Under the pieces are notes generated by a model. That model saw nothing but the letters and a program-made list of their open reading frames with translations, had not been told where the DNA came from and ran no database searches. A DNA stretch of 55,812 nucleotides from a virus. Within the stretch, counting starts at the first letter, position 1. Each line of letters begins with the position of its first letter. Positions 23,542 through 33,500 of the stretch are shown in pieces. The position numbers and the translations under genes are program-made. Location of the stretch: IMG/VR virus record IMGVR_UViG_3300008997_000047; one strand, written 5' to 3'.

Positions 23542-25746
23542 GTGGCCGACACAAGGTACAGGTATCGGTCTGAAACCCTCCCCATTCGCATTGAGTCGGG
23601 CAAGCTCCTAACTCCGGCGGATATTGGGTCGCAGATCCACAACATGTACTTTACGGCTGAAGGAACTCTTCGGACGGTATGGGGTCCTGCGCCTTACGTC
23701 CCCAACTATGGTGCGGGATATCCAGCCTACAATGAGATGCACGGGATCTACCACACCACCATGTGGGGGGGAACTCGTGATGTGCTGCTCGTCCAAACTG
23801 GTGATGAGGTTTGGGTCTTCGAGGGCTGGACTACGAACGGCGGGGGCAATACTCCTTGGCGTGTTCTTATTGGACCTGGGGGCTCCAGCCCCGACCAGCC
23901 CGCGCAGATCGGTTCCGACCGCCGGCCGAGATTCCCCGCGCAGTTTGAAACTACGCCGGCCGGAGTAGTCATCATCCCTCGGGGTGAGGGTTCCCGCCCG
24001 TACTTCTATGATGGACAGGCCGTTCTCCCCCTGGGCTACGACCGCTCACCCGAGCCTCCACAGGGGTGGTCCAGGGATGCAGGATACAATCATTCTGGAG
24101 CGGTCTTGGCTATCGCTCTTGATCCGACGGCAGCAGGCCCAGGTATTGCCCTAGATCAAATCCCCCGGGGGCGCTTAGGCGTTATTTCCACGGATGGGGT
24201 TCAAGTAGCCGATAGTACCGATACGGGTCGTATCCCTGAAGGGGCATATCGTTGCTCTATTCAATGGGTTGACCGGTGGGGAAATCTCTCTCCTCTCTCA
24301 CCCCTTTCAGGCGAGGTCCGAGTCGTAGCGAGCCATACATCGCACAGCTTGACGACTGCGGGGCTTCTGGAGTTCGCAAAGGTTGAGCATCAACTCCCTG
24401 AAGTGATGTGGACAGGAATCTCCGAAGGGCCACGAGGGACGATTGGTCGAATCCTTTATCGGACTAAGGATCTTAGGAACTCTGGTACAACGAAGGTGTT
24501 TGAGTTGCCTTTGAACGCGGGTGGTGGGACACAAGCGTTCGCAACACTTTCGGACAACACCACAGTCAGCTTTCCGGACAACGTCCCTGATGGTTGGCTC
24601 CTTCGAGAACCTGATGAGCCCGAAGTGGTCGCACCCTTTTTGCTCTATAAGGTAGCGTTCGGACGCGGATGGGCAGCTAACTTCCAGGATGATCCAAGCC
24701 GGTTGCAGTACACCATACCCGGGCGGTGGGGGACGTTCTTGGAGCGAAACCGCATTTACCCTGACCCAAGCGGTGGGGAAATCACTGGGCTGTTCTCCGC
24801 CCCTGAAGGGCTGCTGGTGTTCACCGAGTCCTCGATGTTCCTGGTCGTCATCTCCTTTGGGGGGGAAGGCTTTCAGGCGAAGACGCTTAGTCGAACGGTC
24901 GGTTGCGTAGCTCCCTCGTCTATTGTGGCCCTTCCGGATGGCCGGGTTGTTTGGCTTGGGCAAGAAGGGTTCTACTCTTACCTGTCCGATGGAACTATCT
25001 CTCCCATCTCCGAGCCCATTGAACGGGAGCTTCGGTCCATCAACCGGGCTCGCCGGCTCCAAGCGACGGCAGCCTTCGATGTGAAGGAAGCCAAGTACCG
25101 CTGCTGGGTTCCCCACGATGCTTCCCTCCGGAATAACCGGTGTTGGGAATACGATGGTGAGGGGTGGACTCGCCGCACGGACACGATAGCGGTGGATGTC
25201 TGTACGACAAAGGATCATCGAAACTACATGCTCGCTGCGGGCCGGGCCACCGAGGCTGGGCCCACTGCGCGGAACGGCGTGTGGGTTTTGGACCACGAAG
25301 TGCAGTCGTTCGCTCCTGCCACTCGCCCATCCCGTGTGGTGACCTCCTGGCTTCGGGGCCTTCGGGCTGCGGCCCAAAGGGGATCTCCCACGACGGTCTA
25401 CTTGTGGTTCCGTGAAATGTCCTCGGGCACCCTCAACGTAGAAGTCCAAAGGGATTGGCGTTCCGACGTGACGCAGACCGTTCCTGTATTCTTACATCCG
25501 CAAGATGACTTCCCACCTTTCTGGGGGCCAACAAGCCCCTCGCCGGTCAACTACGGTGGGACAAGCGCAGATGGAAACCCCGCCACTTGGGAACGCCGCC
25601 GTCCTTACTGGACCCGGGCAGACATTCATGTTCCAAGCGCCGAGGCGTTTCGTCTCCGCATCACGCATACTGGTGATTGGGAGTTTATCGGGCTCGCCTT
25701 CGACGAGGTCCCTCATCCAGATTCATTCCGGAGCGCCCCCAAGTGA
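23542..25746 (+). CDS. Hypothetical large virion protein (nozzle / tail-tubular-B size and position)
   Basis: 734 aa. GTG start after AAAGGGAGGGCC. G/W/Y-rich, beta-type composition. Confidence 0.5.
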   Translation: MADTRYRYRSETLPIRIESGKLLTPADIGSQIHNMYFTAEGTLRTVWGPAPYVPNYGAGYPAYNEMHGIYHTTMWGGTRDVLLVQTGDEVWVFEGWTTNGGGNTPWRVLIGPGGSSPDQPAQIGSDRRPRFPAQFETTPAGVVIIPRGEGSRPYFYDGQAVLPLGYDRSPEPPQGWSRDAGYNHSGAVLAIALDPTAAGPGIALDQIPRGRLGVISTDGVQVADSTDTGRIPEGAYRCSIQWVDRWGNLSPLSPLSGEVRVVASHTSHSLTTAGLLEFAKVEHQLPEVMWTGISEGPRGTIGRILYRTKDLRNSGTTKVFELPLNAGGGTQAFATLSDNTTVSFPDNVPDGWLLREPDEPEVVAPFLLYKVAFGRGWAANFQDDPSRLQYTIPGRWGTFLERNRIYPDPSGGEITGLFSAPEGLLVFTESSMFLVVISFGGEGFQAKTLSRTVGCVAPSSIVALPDGRVVWLGQEGFYSYLSDGTISPISEPIERELRSINRARRLQATAAFDVKEAKYRCWVPHDASLRNNRCWEYDGEGWTRRTDTIAVDVCTTKDHRNYMLAAGRATEAGPTARNGVWVLDHEVQSFAPATRPSRVVTSWLRGLRAAAQRGSPTTVYLWFREMSSGTLNVEVQRDWRSDVTQTVPVFLHPQDDFPPFWGPTSPSPVNYGGTSADGNPATWERRRPYWTRADIHVPSAEAFRLRITHTGDWEFIGLAFDEVPHPDSFRSAPK

Positions 25747-26381
25747 GTTGGAGATTCCCCCGCTTTCGATTGCGTGATGGCAACGCGCTTAGCACAGACG
25801 ACATGAATGAATCGTTCTTGGAGTCTGCGGATGAAATGAGCGGTCGTCTCAATGAACACAACTGGGCCAGCGGTTCGATTCCTACCCAAGCTGACGTGCA
25901 GCAGGATGCTGCTTTCGTGTGGCATCAAGTAGGTGTTGCAGCCGATCTCTTCGACTCAGGAGGCGGAGGCCAAGTCAACTGGTTTGAAGTCGAAGTCAAC
26001 TCAGGATGGGTTCGATTGGGCAGCATGGTTCTTACCATCACAGGGCCCTCCGCCCTTTATTGGATCCACGCTTCTTCGATGTATCGAAAAGGCCCCCTCC
26101 ACGCTACTGGGCTCCCTTTTATAAGGTGGGCGATACGAGTTGATGGTCAGATTGTTCCCGAGTCTGTAGTGGGCGGCTTGGAGGATGATTTTTTGCCTTT
26201 CAACTGGAACGCTTTCAGCCCGGTTGGCGGAGTGGCTCCAATAGAAACAAATCTGTTGGTCCCTGTTGCTGCTGGCCAGCATACGGTAGAGTTCTGTGTA
26301 CGATTAGATTCAGTTGCATCTCTTCTTGATCATCTTGAGTTCATCAGTCGAGAACTGATTTGCTTGGAAATGAGGCGTTGA
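25743..26381 (+). CDS. Hypothetical virion protein, first of three genes of 213-235 aa
   Basis: Frame is open from 25677. GTG 25743 overlaps the upstream stop (GTGA). Confidence 0.55.
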   Translation: MSWRFPRFRLRDGNALSTDDMNESFLESADEMSGRLNEHNWASGSIPTQADVQQDAAFVWHQVGVAADLFDSGGGGQVNWFEVEVNSGWVRLGSMVLTITGPSALYWIHASSMYRKGPLHATGLPFIRWAIRVDGQIVPESVVGGLEDDFLPFNWNAFSPVGGVAPIETNLLVPVAAGQHTVEFCVRLDSVASLLDHLEFISRELICLEMRR

Positions 26382-26382
26382 T

Positions 26383-27090
26383 ATGGCCGATGTAACTTAC
26401 ACTTCTTTGGAAGAGGGAGACCTCTTCGACGCAGCTTCGCTGACTGCTCTCTTCACGGGCATCACCGCTGCCGTGAATGATGTCGAAGCAGCAGCCGTGG
26501 ATCGAGGAGCCCTCAATGAAGCTCATCTTCCATCTCTTGTCGTAGACCGGCAGCAGACATCGTTTGTGGGAACTGGAGTTGGAGGCAACCACGTCTATGA
26601 CGAGACCGAAGTCTTGGTGCCTGCTTACTTGACCATCAACCGGAATGGCACCAGCCCCCCGGGGGGTGGAAACTTAGAGATCACGTTCACCGCTCCCATC
26701 AACTTGGCGACAGCCGAGGTGGGAGGAATCTTCGTGATGTGCAACCTCCACGTCGTAAACATGGATGATGACACCCCGGCGAATAGCGCTACGCGCTGGA
26801 TGCTATTCCGTCTTCAGATTCAAGATGGCCCAGGGACCTGGGTTACGGTGCAGCGGACAGAAAGGGCCTTGGCTGAATCGTGGGCCTCTGACCAGCTTTT
26901 CCAGGTAGGCATTCGGACACTTATCCGCTCTGGCGATGTAGTCGCTGGTGGTGGAGTAGGGGACACGGTCCAGGCAGTTCGGGCTCAAATCTCAATGCAG
27001 ACCGCTGGAAATCCCCCCATTCGAAGAGTGACCCTTCGAGAATGCCATCTTTCTGGATTGGTTCTTCACTCCTCTCGGGCAACCCCTTAG
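26383..27090 (+). CDS. Hypothetical virion protein, second of three
   Basis: 235-aa ORF; ATG 2 nt after the upstream stop. Confidence 0.6.
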   Translation: MADVTYTSLEEGDLFDAASLTALFTGITAAVNDVEAAAVDRGALNEAHLPSLVVDRQQTSFVGTGVGGNHVYDETEVLVPAYLTINRNGTSPPGGGNLEITFTAPINLATAEVGGIFVMCNLHVVNMDDDTPANSATRWMLFRLQIQDGPGTWVTVQRTERALAESWASDQLFQVGIRTLIRSGDVVAGGGVGDTVQAVRAQISMQTAGNPPIRRVTLRECHLSGLVLHSSRATP

Positions 27091-27099
27091 AATCAACCT

Positions 27100-27792
27100 A
27101 TGCCTGATATCATCCTTCCCCACATTCCTATTGACGGTGCGGTCTCCAGCGCAGACGGCATCTCGCAGAACTTGTACGACCCTGCTGCTGCGCCCAACTC
27201 GTATGAGGTCATCAACGGGCGGATGGACAACGCTAACCGCGAAGCGACTTGGGATGTAGACACCACTCAAATCCAACGTAATGGGTGTTCGGGAGGAGGG
27301 AGCGTCGGCGCTACTCTCGGGCTGAACTACTTCGAGGATCTCTTCCGGTCGTTCGACGCGGCTGTAAACGATCCAACTCTCTATGAGCCTATCCCTGGAA
27401 GCTCACTGGAGTTTTATCTACCCCACGATCCGGCTTTGACCATCCTGTCTTGGACCCTCCACCTCACAGGGAACGGTGTACCCGGTTCTACATACGACGA
27501 TCCTCCAGCCCCCCCTCCCAACATCGTAGGTCGGATTTACCTCCATGTTGATGGGACTCGATTTGTTGCTGGGACTACCAGAAACATGCTCATCCCGGGC
27601 AGCACTGCACGAGGGCTTACCCGTACTTGGGCAGGTCATGTGATGATTGATGGCCCCGGGCTGGGCGGCACCTTGGGCAAAGGGTGGCATTCGGCCAGCC
27701 TTCGTATTGTTATAGATCCGACTGCACTCAAGCCGGGTGTTCAGTTTAGCCGGCTCAACTGCCGGGCTATCAACTACGTCTACTTTTCATAG
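27100..27792 (+). CDS. Hypothetical virion protein, third of three
   Basis: 230-aa ORF. Confidence 0.6.
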   Translation: MPDIILPHIPIDGAVSSADGISQNLYDPAAAPNSYEVINGRMDNANREATWDVDTTQIQRNGCSGGGSVGATLGLNYFEDLFRSFDAAVNDPTLYEPIPGSSLEFYLPHDPALTILSWTLHLTGNGVPGSTYDDPPAPPPNIVGRIYLHVDGTRFVAGTTRNMLIPGSTARGLTRTWAGHVMIDGPGLGGTLGKGWHSASLRIVIDPTALKPGVQFSRLNCRAINYVYFS

Positions 27793-27801
27793 GAGTTTCT
27801 C

Positions 27802-28281
27802 ATGGCCTCTCAAATGCTTTGGAGCCCGAAAAAGTCACATCGTGAAGATTTGATGGCCCAGAAAGGAAAGCTGGGCACTCCAGGCATGTCGAAAAAGCAG
27901 AAGCAGCAGGCTATGGGGCGGGCTGCGACTGCTGCTGGAACGCAAGCTGGAGCGCAGCAGCGGGAAATCGCTCGAACTGGACTCGCTGCGGGCACCCAAC
28001 CTGGGCAGTACGCCCAGGCACAGGCGGCCATTGCAAAACAGGCGACCGAAGCTGCGGTTGCTCCGGCTCCTGCGATTGAAGCCGAATCCTCCCGCATCGC
28101 TGCGGAACGGGATGCTCAAATCCGGGCTTCCATTGAACGCGAGTATGACCGTCGCCTCAGCCTGAAGATGCAAAAGAAAGCCATGCGGAAGAGCGGAGGA
28201 AGTGGGGGGATGATGTCGGGGGCGGGCAGCGCGTTGGGCGGGGCTGGTATGGACAAAATCCTTGGAATGATTGGGAGCTAA
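27802..28281 (+). CDS. Hypothetical A/Q/G-rich protein (internal-core gp14-like position)
   Basis: 159 aa. RBS TAGGAGTTTCTC. Gly/Met-rich C-terminus. Confidence 0.5.
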   Translation: MASQMLWSPKKSHREDLMAQKGKLGTPGMSKKQKQQAMGRAATAAGTQAGAQQREIARTGLAAGTQPGQYAQAQAAIAKQATEAAVAPAPAIEAESSRIAAERDAQIRASIEREYDRRLSLKMQKKAMRKSGGSGGMMSGAGSALGGAGMDKILGMIGS

Positions 28282-28283
28282 CC

Positions 28284-30536
28284 ATGGCTGAACAGCAATC
28301 TATGGACGAGCGCATCCGGAACTATCGCCAAGCGCAGCGTACTGCGATGGGCAAGACCCTTGCTGGTGCATACGACATTGGCCAGGGCATGGACCCGAAG
28401 TCACAGGCGAGCATGACATACCGGCACTTCGGTGGTCCGGAGATGAGCAAGAAGGACCGGGAGCAGTTGATGCTCCAGTATACACAGTTGGCGAGCGAGC
28501 TTCAGCAGTCCGCACAGCGCCTCCAGTCTCGGGGCTCTCGGGCTACTCGGGGTGAGGTTGGAGAGTTCGACAGGACGTGGGAAAAGCTAACGGAGTTGAT
28601 GGGAAAAGCTTTGAGCCCCCAAGCGACGGTTGCCTCCAAGAAGATCGAGTCTGCTGCCAAGAAGCGGGACCATCATCTCGCAACCATCGATCAAGTTCGA
28701 GCAACTAATCCTGCGCTCAGATCCTTTGAGGAGTTGAAGCCTGACCAGCGGAAAGCGGTAGCTCAGTTAGAAGGGATGTGGAAAAGAGGCGATCCCAACT
28801 TCGGAAATCAGCTTTCTTTGTCCTTGGAGAAGATTGAGGACCCTTCCGAGTTTTCTGTTCTCATGGATATTCTTGGGAAGCGTCTTGTTCGGGAGGGGCA
28901 TCTTACACTTGAAGAGGGCCAGACAGCCCGGGAAGGGGTGCGCGACGAGGCCCTTAGCACGCTCTCACCATCAGAGCAGAGCAGGCTGGAAGACCAGTTC
29001 GATACTGGCGAGCAGTTGGTGAGCGATGCGATGAAACGGATCAAAGACGCGCAGGGTGAAGCCGATGCTGCCGAGAAGGAGATCCAACGGCACGTCGTAG
29101 GAGTCGATGCAGAGTCTCGGGAGCTTCTGAGAGTCTTGACAGAACAGAAGATTGCCCAGGCAAAGCTCAAGACTGGTGTGTTGGACAAGTTGGCTGCTGG
29201 AGAAGAAGTCGATCCAACCGCCCTCCAGTTCGCCATGAGAACCAGCACTGCGGTTGCTGCCCCTGGGCTAACTCCGATGGAGGTCACCGAGGAAGGACCC
29301 GAGCAGCCCTACGACTACATGAAGAAGGCGCTCGACCGCCTCTCCGTGATTCCTGATGACCGCTCTCTCTCTGGGCTTCGCCAAGAGATGATGGCGAGTG
29401 ATGGGTTTGCTCAGTATATGGCCGACCGAGAGTTCCAAGACGAGGACTTCGCCTTCCGCCAGATGATGCGGGAGTACAACAAGAAGCGTCGTCAGGCTGT
29501 CCGGTCTGACCGTCTCAAGGTTCGCCAGCAGAGAATCCAGGCGAGAGGAGAGGGAATCGCTGACCAGATGATCGGCGTCGAGCCCGTCGATGACTACACC
29601 CGGAGGGAAGCGGCCCGCATTGCGGACGTGATGGAAGAGCCCCGCGAAGGTGCCGAGGTGACGCTCGGTGGGCGGGATGTCGGAGAAGAAGGGCGTCCTT
29701 CGATTCGAGAGCGCCTTTCTATTCGGGACCGGGCACAAGAGCGGCTCCGCGAGCGCCAAGCAGAGCAGGGCGTTGACCCCCGTTACCAGGGCACTCTCCC
29801 CGAGCTTATCGAGGAAGACCTTGAGCTTGCTGACATGCCCGAAGAGCCAGCAGTGGCCGACGAGGCTGCGTTGGCTGCGCTCGATCCCGAAGCCGAGCTT
29901 TCCGAGGCAGAGAAGGCAGAAATCGTCGGAGCACAAGAGCCTGTTCCGGGCTTTGAGGAGCTTCGAGCCGATGAGGCAGCCGAAGAGGAGTTCATCGCTC
30001 CTGCCGAAGAAAAGTTCATGGAGGCCCTTGGTCCGGAGCTTGGCGTCACTCCGGGTGGCGAAGCGGAAGAGCTTCTTGGTGGAGAGGAGATTGAGGGTGC
30101 TGTCCCCCTGGGCAAGCGTGGAATCGAGGACATCGAGATTGGCGAGGAAGCGGGTGAGCGTCGAGAGCGTGAAGCCGGTGAAGCAGCAGTCAGCGCCCGG
30201 GAGGTAGAGGGAAGACTTGGTGGGGCTGCGGCCCGAAAGATGCAGTTCGCTCCTGAATGGTTGCTTGAACCAACCCGGGCCGCAGAGATGGCCCAGGAAG
30301 CAGAGCCGAGTCTGCCTAAACGGGAAGAGGAAGAACTCGGAGAGGTTGAAGAGGAGACTGCTCCTGAGGAAGAACTCGGAGAGGTTGAAGAGGAGACTGC
30401 TCCTGTAGGAGTCCGACTCCAATCCTCCTCGGGCCTTGGTCAAGCGGCCTTGGAGTCTTCTTCAGGCGGCTTACCGAACAGAGAGGATCTTCTCCGAGCA
30501 CGAAACAGGGCAATCCAAGCATCACTGGTACAGTAG
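28284..30536 (+). CDS. Hypothetical E/R-rich 750-aa protein (internal-core gp15-like size and position)
   Basis: Uninterrupted ORF. Contains a perfect 39-bp tandem duplication at 30327..30404. Confidence 0.55.
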   Translation: MAEQQSMDERIRNYRQAQRTAMGKTLAGAYDIGQGMDPKSQASMTYRHFGGPEMSKKDREQLMLQYTQLASELQQSAQRLQSRGSRATRGEVGEFDRTWEKLTELMGKALSPQATVASKKIESAAKKRDHHLATIDQVRATNPALRSFEELKPDQRKAVAQLEGMWKRGDPNFGNQLSLSLEKIEDPSEFSVLMDILGKRLVREGHLTLEEGQTAREGVRDEALSTLSPSEQSRLEDQFDTGEQLVSDAMKRIKDAQGEADAAEKEIQRHVVGVDAESRELLRVLTEQKIAQAKLKTGVLDKLAAGEEVDPTALQFAMRTSTAVAAPGLTPMEVTEEGPEQPYDYMKKALDRLSVIPDDRSLSGLRQEMMASDGFAQYMADREFQDEDFAFRQMMREYNKKRRQAVRSDRLKVRQQRIQARGEGIADQMIGVEPVDDYTRREAARIADVMEEPREGAEVTLGGRDVGEEGRPSIRERLSIRDRAQERLRERQAEQGVDPRYQGTLPELIEEDLELADMPEEPAVADEAALAALDPEAELSEAEKAEIVGAQEPVPGFEELRADEAAEEEFIAPAEEKFMEALGPELGVTPGGEAEELLGGEEIEGAVPLGKRGIEDIEIGEEAGERREREAGEAAVSAREVEGRLGGAAARKMQFAPEWLLEPTRAAEMAQEAEPSLPKREEEELGEVEEETAPEEELGEVEEETAPVGVRLQSSSGLGQAALESSSGGLPNREDLLRARNRAIQASLVQ
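30327..30404 (+). repeat. Perfect 39-bp x2 tandem duplication (EEELGEVEEETAP x2)
   Basis: gaggaagaactcggagaggttgaagaggagactgctcct occurs at 30327..30365 and again at 30366..30404. Confidence 0.95.
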
Positions 30537-30539
30537 GCT

Positions 30540-33500
30540 ATGACGACTTCCAAGGAGCTTCTCGAACTCTATGGGGACTTCGTCAAGGAGCCCAAGGAGG
30601 AAGCTGCGCCCGAAGCAGAAGCGCCGCCGCCCGAGCCGCTGGAGCCGGAGACCGCTCCCGCCCCTCCGATTCCTAAGCTGGAGATTGCTGGGCAGCCCCC
30701 AAGCCCCCCTGTAGCCGCGCCGGAGCCCGAGCCGGTTGTGATCCCGCCAGTAGAGGAGGCCCCCGCACCCGCAGAGCAGTCGAAAGCTTTGACTCCGCTT
30801 GACCCGGAGTTTTGGGCGCAGGAAGCGGCAAAGCGGGAGGTCACCACCGAAGAGGATGTTTCTACGTGGTGGAAGGACGTAACCGAGGGCCCCCGGCCCG
30901 ACGTAGAGGCGCAGCTTGAGCATGCCCCACCTCCGGGCGGATACCCCGAAGTGGACTACGGAGTAGACGAAGTTCTACTCCAAAAGAAGCCGCCTGCTGG
31001 ATTCGATGAGGAAGTCCCTCGTTCCGTGCGGCTGCATCTCCTCCAAACCGGGGCGGTCAAGGCCCCGGAAATCGAGGGCAAGCCTGCTGGCTACGAGGCA
31101 GAAGCTCTTCTGGATGATGACCAGTTCTGGTGGGATGTTTGGCGGAAGCAGCGTCTCCAAGCTCCGGGCGTCCGCGAGCGGATGGGAGCCACCGTCCAGA
31201 AGGCCCAAGAAGAACTCCGTAAGAAGGAGGGTGTTGACCGGGCTCTTGAGTTCGCTCGGCGTACTGTTCCCACTCGGCGCATTGCTGGCGTCCCGGGCCT
31301 TGCGGTTGGCTACCACGACATGCGCGACCGGGTGCAGATTCATATCGAGCGGGCGCTCATGGATGCCGAGCCTGTTCACCCCCGCTACATCAGCCAAGCA
31401 AAGAAGGGCGAGATTGCAGCCCGGGCCCGCCAACTGGCTACCGCAGAGATGGGCCGGTACATGGAATCGGGCCAAGACCGTATTCTTATTGACCGGTATG
31501 GCCGAGACGCAACTGAATGGTTGATGCGGCGGAACGCTCTTATCCGCCCGATTCTCGCCATTACTTCGGGTGTTGAAGCTCCTGGAGAGGGGGAACCACG
31601 TACAGGTATCGGGCGTCTCCGCTCCGCTTCTGCACTCAACATGTTCGGGCGAATGGATGCGTCCACGATCTTCGCAGCGATGCTCCTGACGGGAGAGGGC
31701 CCGTCAGCCCGGAAGACGATTGAGACCATCCGCTCGGGCGTGGACATCTTCGATGCCGCCAATCAAGTGGGCGAACTCTTCTTGGGCCTTGAGGAGGAGA
31801 TGGAGGAAGGTCTCCAGAGGGAAGCCAGGATCGCTCGGGACCAGGGAGTCCCAGAAGAGGAGATCCAGCAGAAGATTGAAGATGCCCGGTTCCGGTACAA
31901 CTATGCTCGGAAGTGGGTGGGCACTACGGGCTCCGTTGGGGCGATCCTTTTCGCCCCTGATCCGATGAGTCTCACAGCTACGGGTGCAGCCATCGGGCCT
32001 AAGATGCTGTCTGCCCAAGTGAAGATGCGTAAGCTCCAGCAAGGGGAGAAGGCTTTCCGGGGCGCAGTAAAGGAACTCCGTACAACCCCGGCCACTGACG
32101 TGCGCCTCCGGGCCATCAAGAAAAAGCTCCAGGATATTGATCCGGTCTATGGCCGGGCATTTGATGTAGCTATCGGAGAAAAGCTGGCGCTTACAGGCGA
32201 CATTCCTGGGGCAGCCCGGATGGCTCTGGACAAAGCAGCAACACTTCGGAGGGAAGCAGAAGAGCTTCTGGAGAAGGTGGCTGCGACCGCTGACGAGTTT
32301 GCCCAAGCAGAACTCAAGGTGCTCGCTGGATCCAAACAGGCTGAAGCCGCTACGCAAGAGTATGCAGCTACCATCTTCCAGCAGACGTTCGAAGAGCTTC
32401 GGATGGAGAGGCTGCTCGAAGAGGAGGGCATGGCAGCCGCTCGAATCGAAGAGATCCTCGACTCAGGCAAACTGCCCGCAGATGCAGACAAGGCTGCTGC
32501 GCGAGTCACGAAGCAACTGAAGAAAGATGTAAAAGACGCCAGGGCAGAAGTGGCGGCAGCCGAGGCTACACACAAGCCGTACTGGGAGTTGGAGCAGAAG
32601 GCAGCGAACTCCTATGAGGTTCATGTCCGGGTAGCCCTGAAAGGCACTCCATTCGATGGCTATGTGCCCCTGCACATCTTTGCGCGGAAGGCAGATCCCG
32701 CACCTGTACTCTACCAGAAAACAGCCGATGGGCGTAAGGTCCCGAACCGTGACCCCAGTGGCCGCTTCGGGCCTGCCGCTACAGTTATCGTCGATGACGT
32801 AAAGCCTTGGCGTACCAATCGAGTCAAGATCGTGATGCGGCGCATGGATACTGGAGAGGAAATCACGATCAAACAGAAAGTGGATCCCGACTTGATGGAG
32901 GGACTACGCAGGACTCGCAATGCAGTTCACAAGGCAACGAAGGAAGGGTTCCCCCACGCAGGGGCCTACGACGCAGCAACAAAAAGCCTCGGCAAAGCAG
33001 AGTTGGCGCTGAAAGTTGCCGAGGAGGGAGGGCTGCTCACACGGGGGATGGAGAGCCTCGCCAACATCAAGGGTGCCCGGAGAATCACGGGTAAGAAATA
33101 CGACGCGGCCAAGAGAGCCGCCAAGATTGGTGACAAGGAAGTTGTACGCCTCCGGAAGATTATTGCCGACGCTGGGCTCAAGTCTGTCCGCAAGAGCATC
33201 CAAGCAGACATGCTGGACAAGACCATGGTTCGGGCTGGAGATGCTCTGGAAGAGGTGGCCGATGGGATGGCTGCATTCCTCAAATCTGCTCGAAAAGAGT
33301 TCGGCGGCATCAAGATGCTGGGCCGAACCAGTCGGGATGTAGCTGCCCTGGGGGCTTCCATCAGCGAAGAGAAGGTGATGAAGCTCGCGGATAGGGCTAT
33401 CGCTGGGAGCCGAATTCGCTTTGACCGGGCTACCGACACGGCGACTGTGAACGTGGATAAGGTCCGGAGCGCAGTGCTCATGCGTTTGAACGAGCAGATG

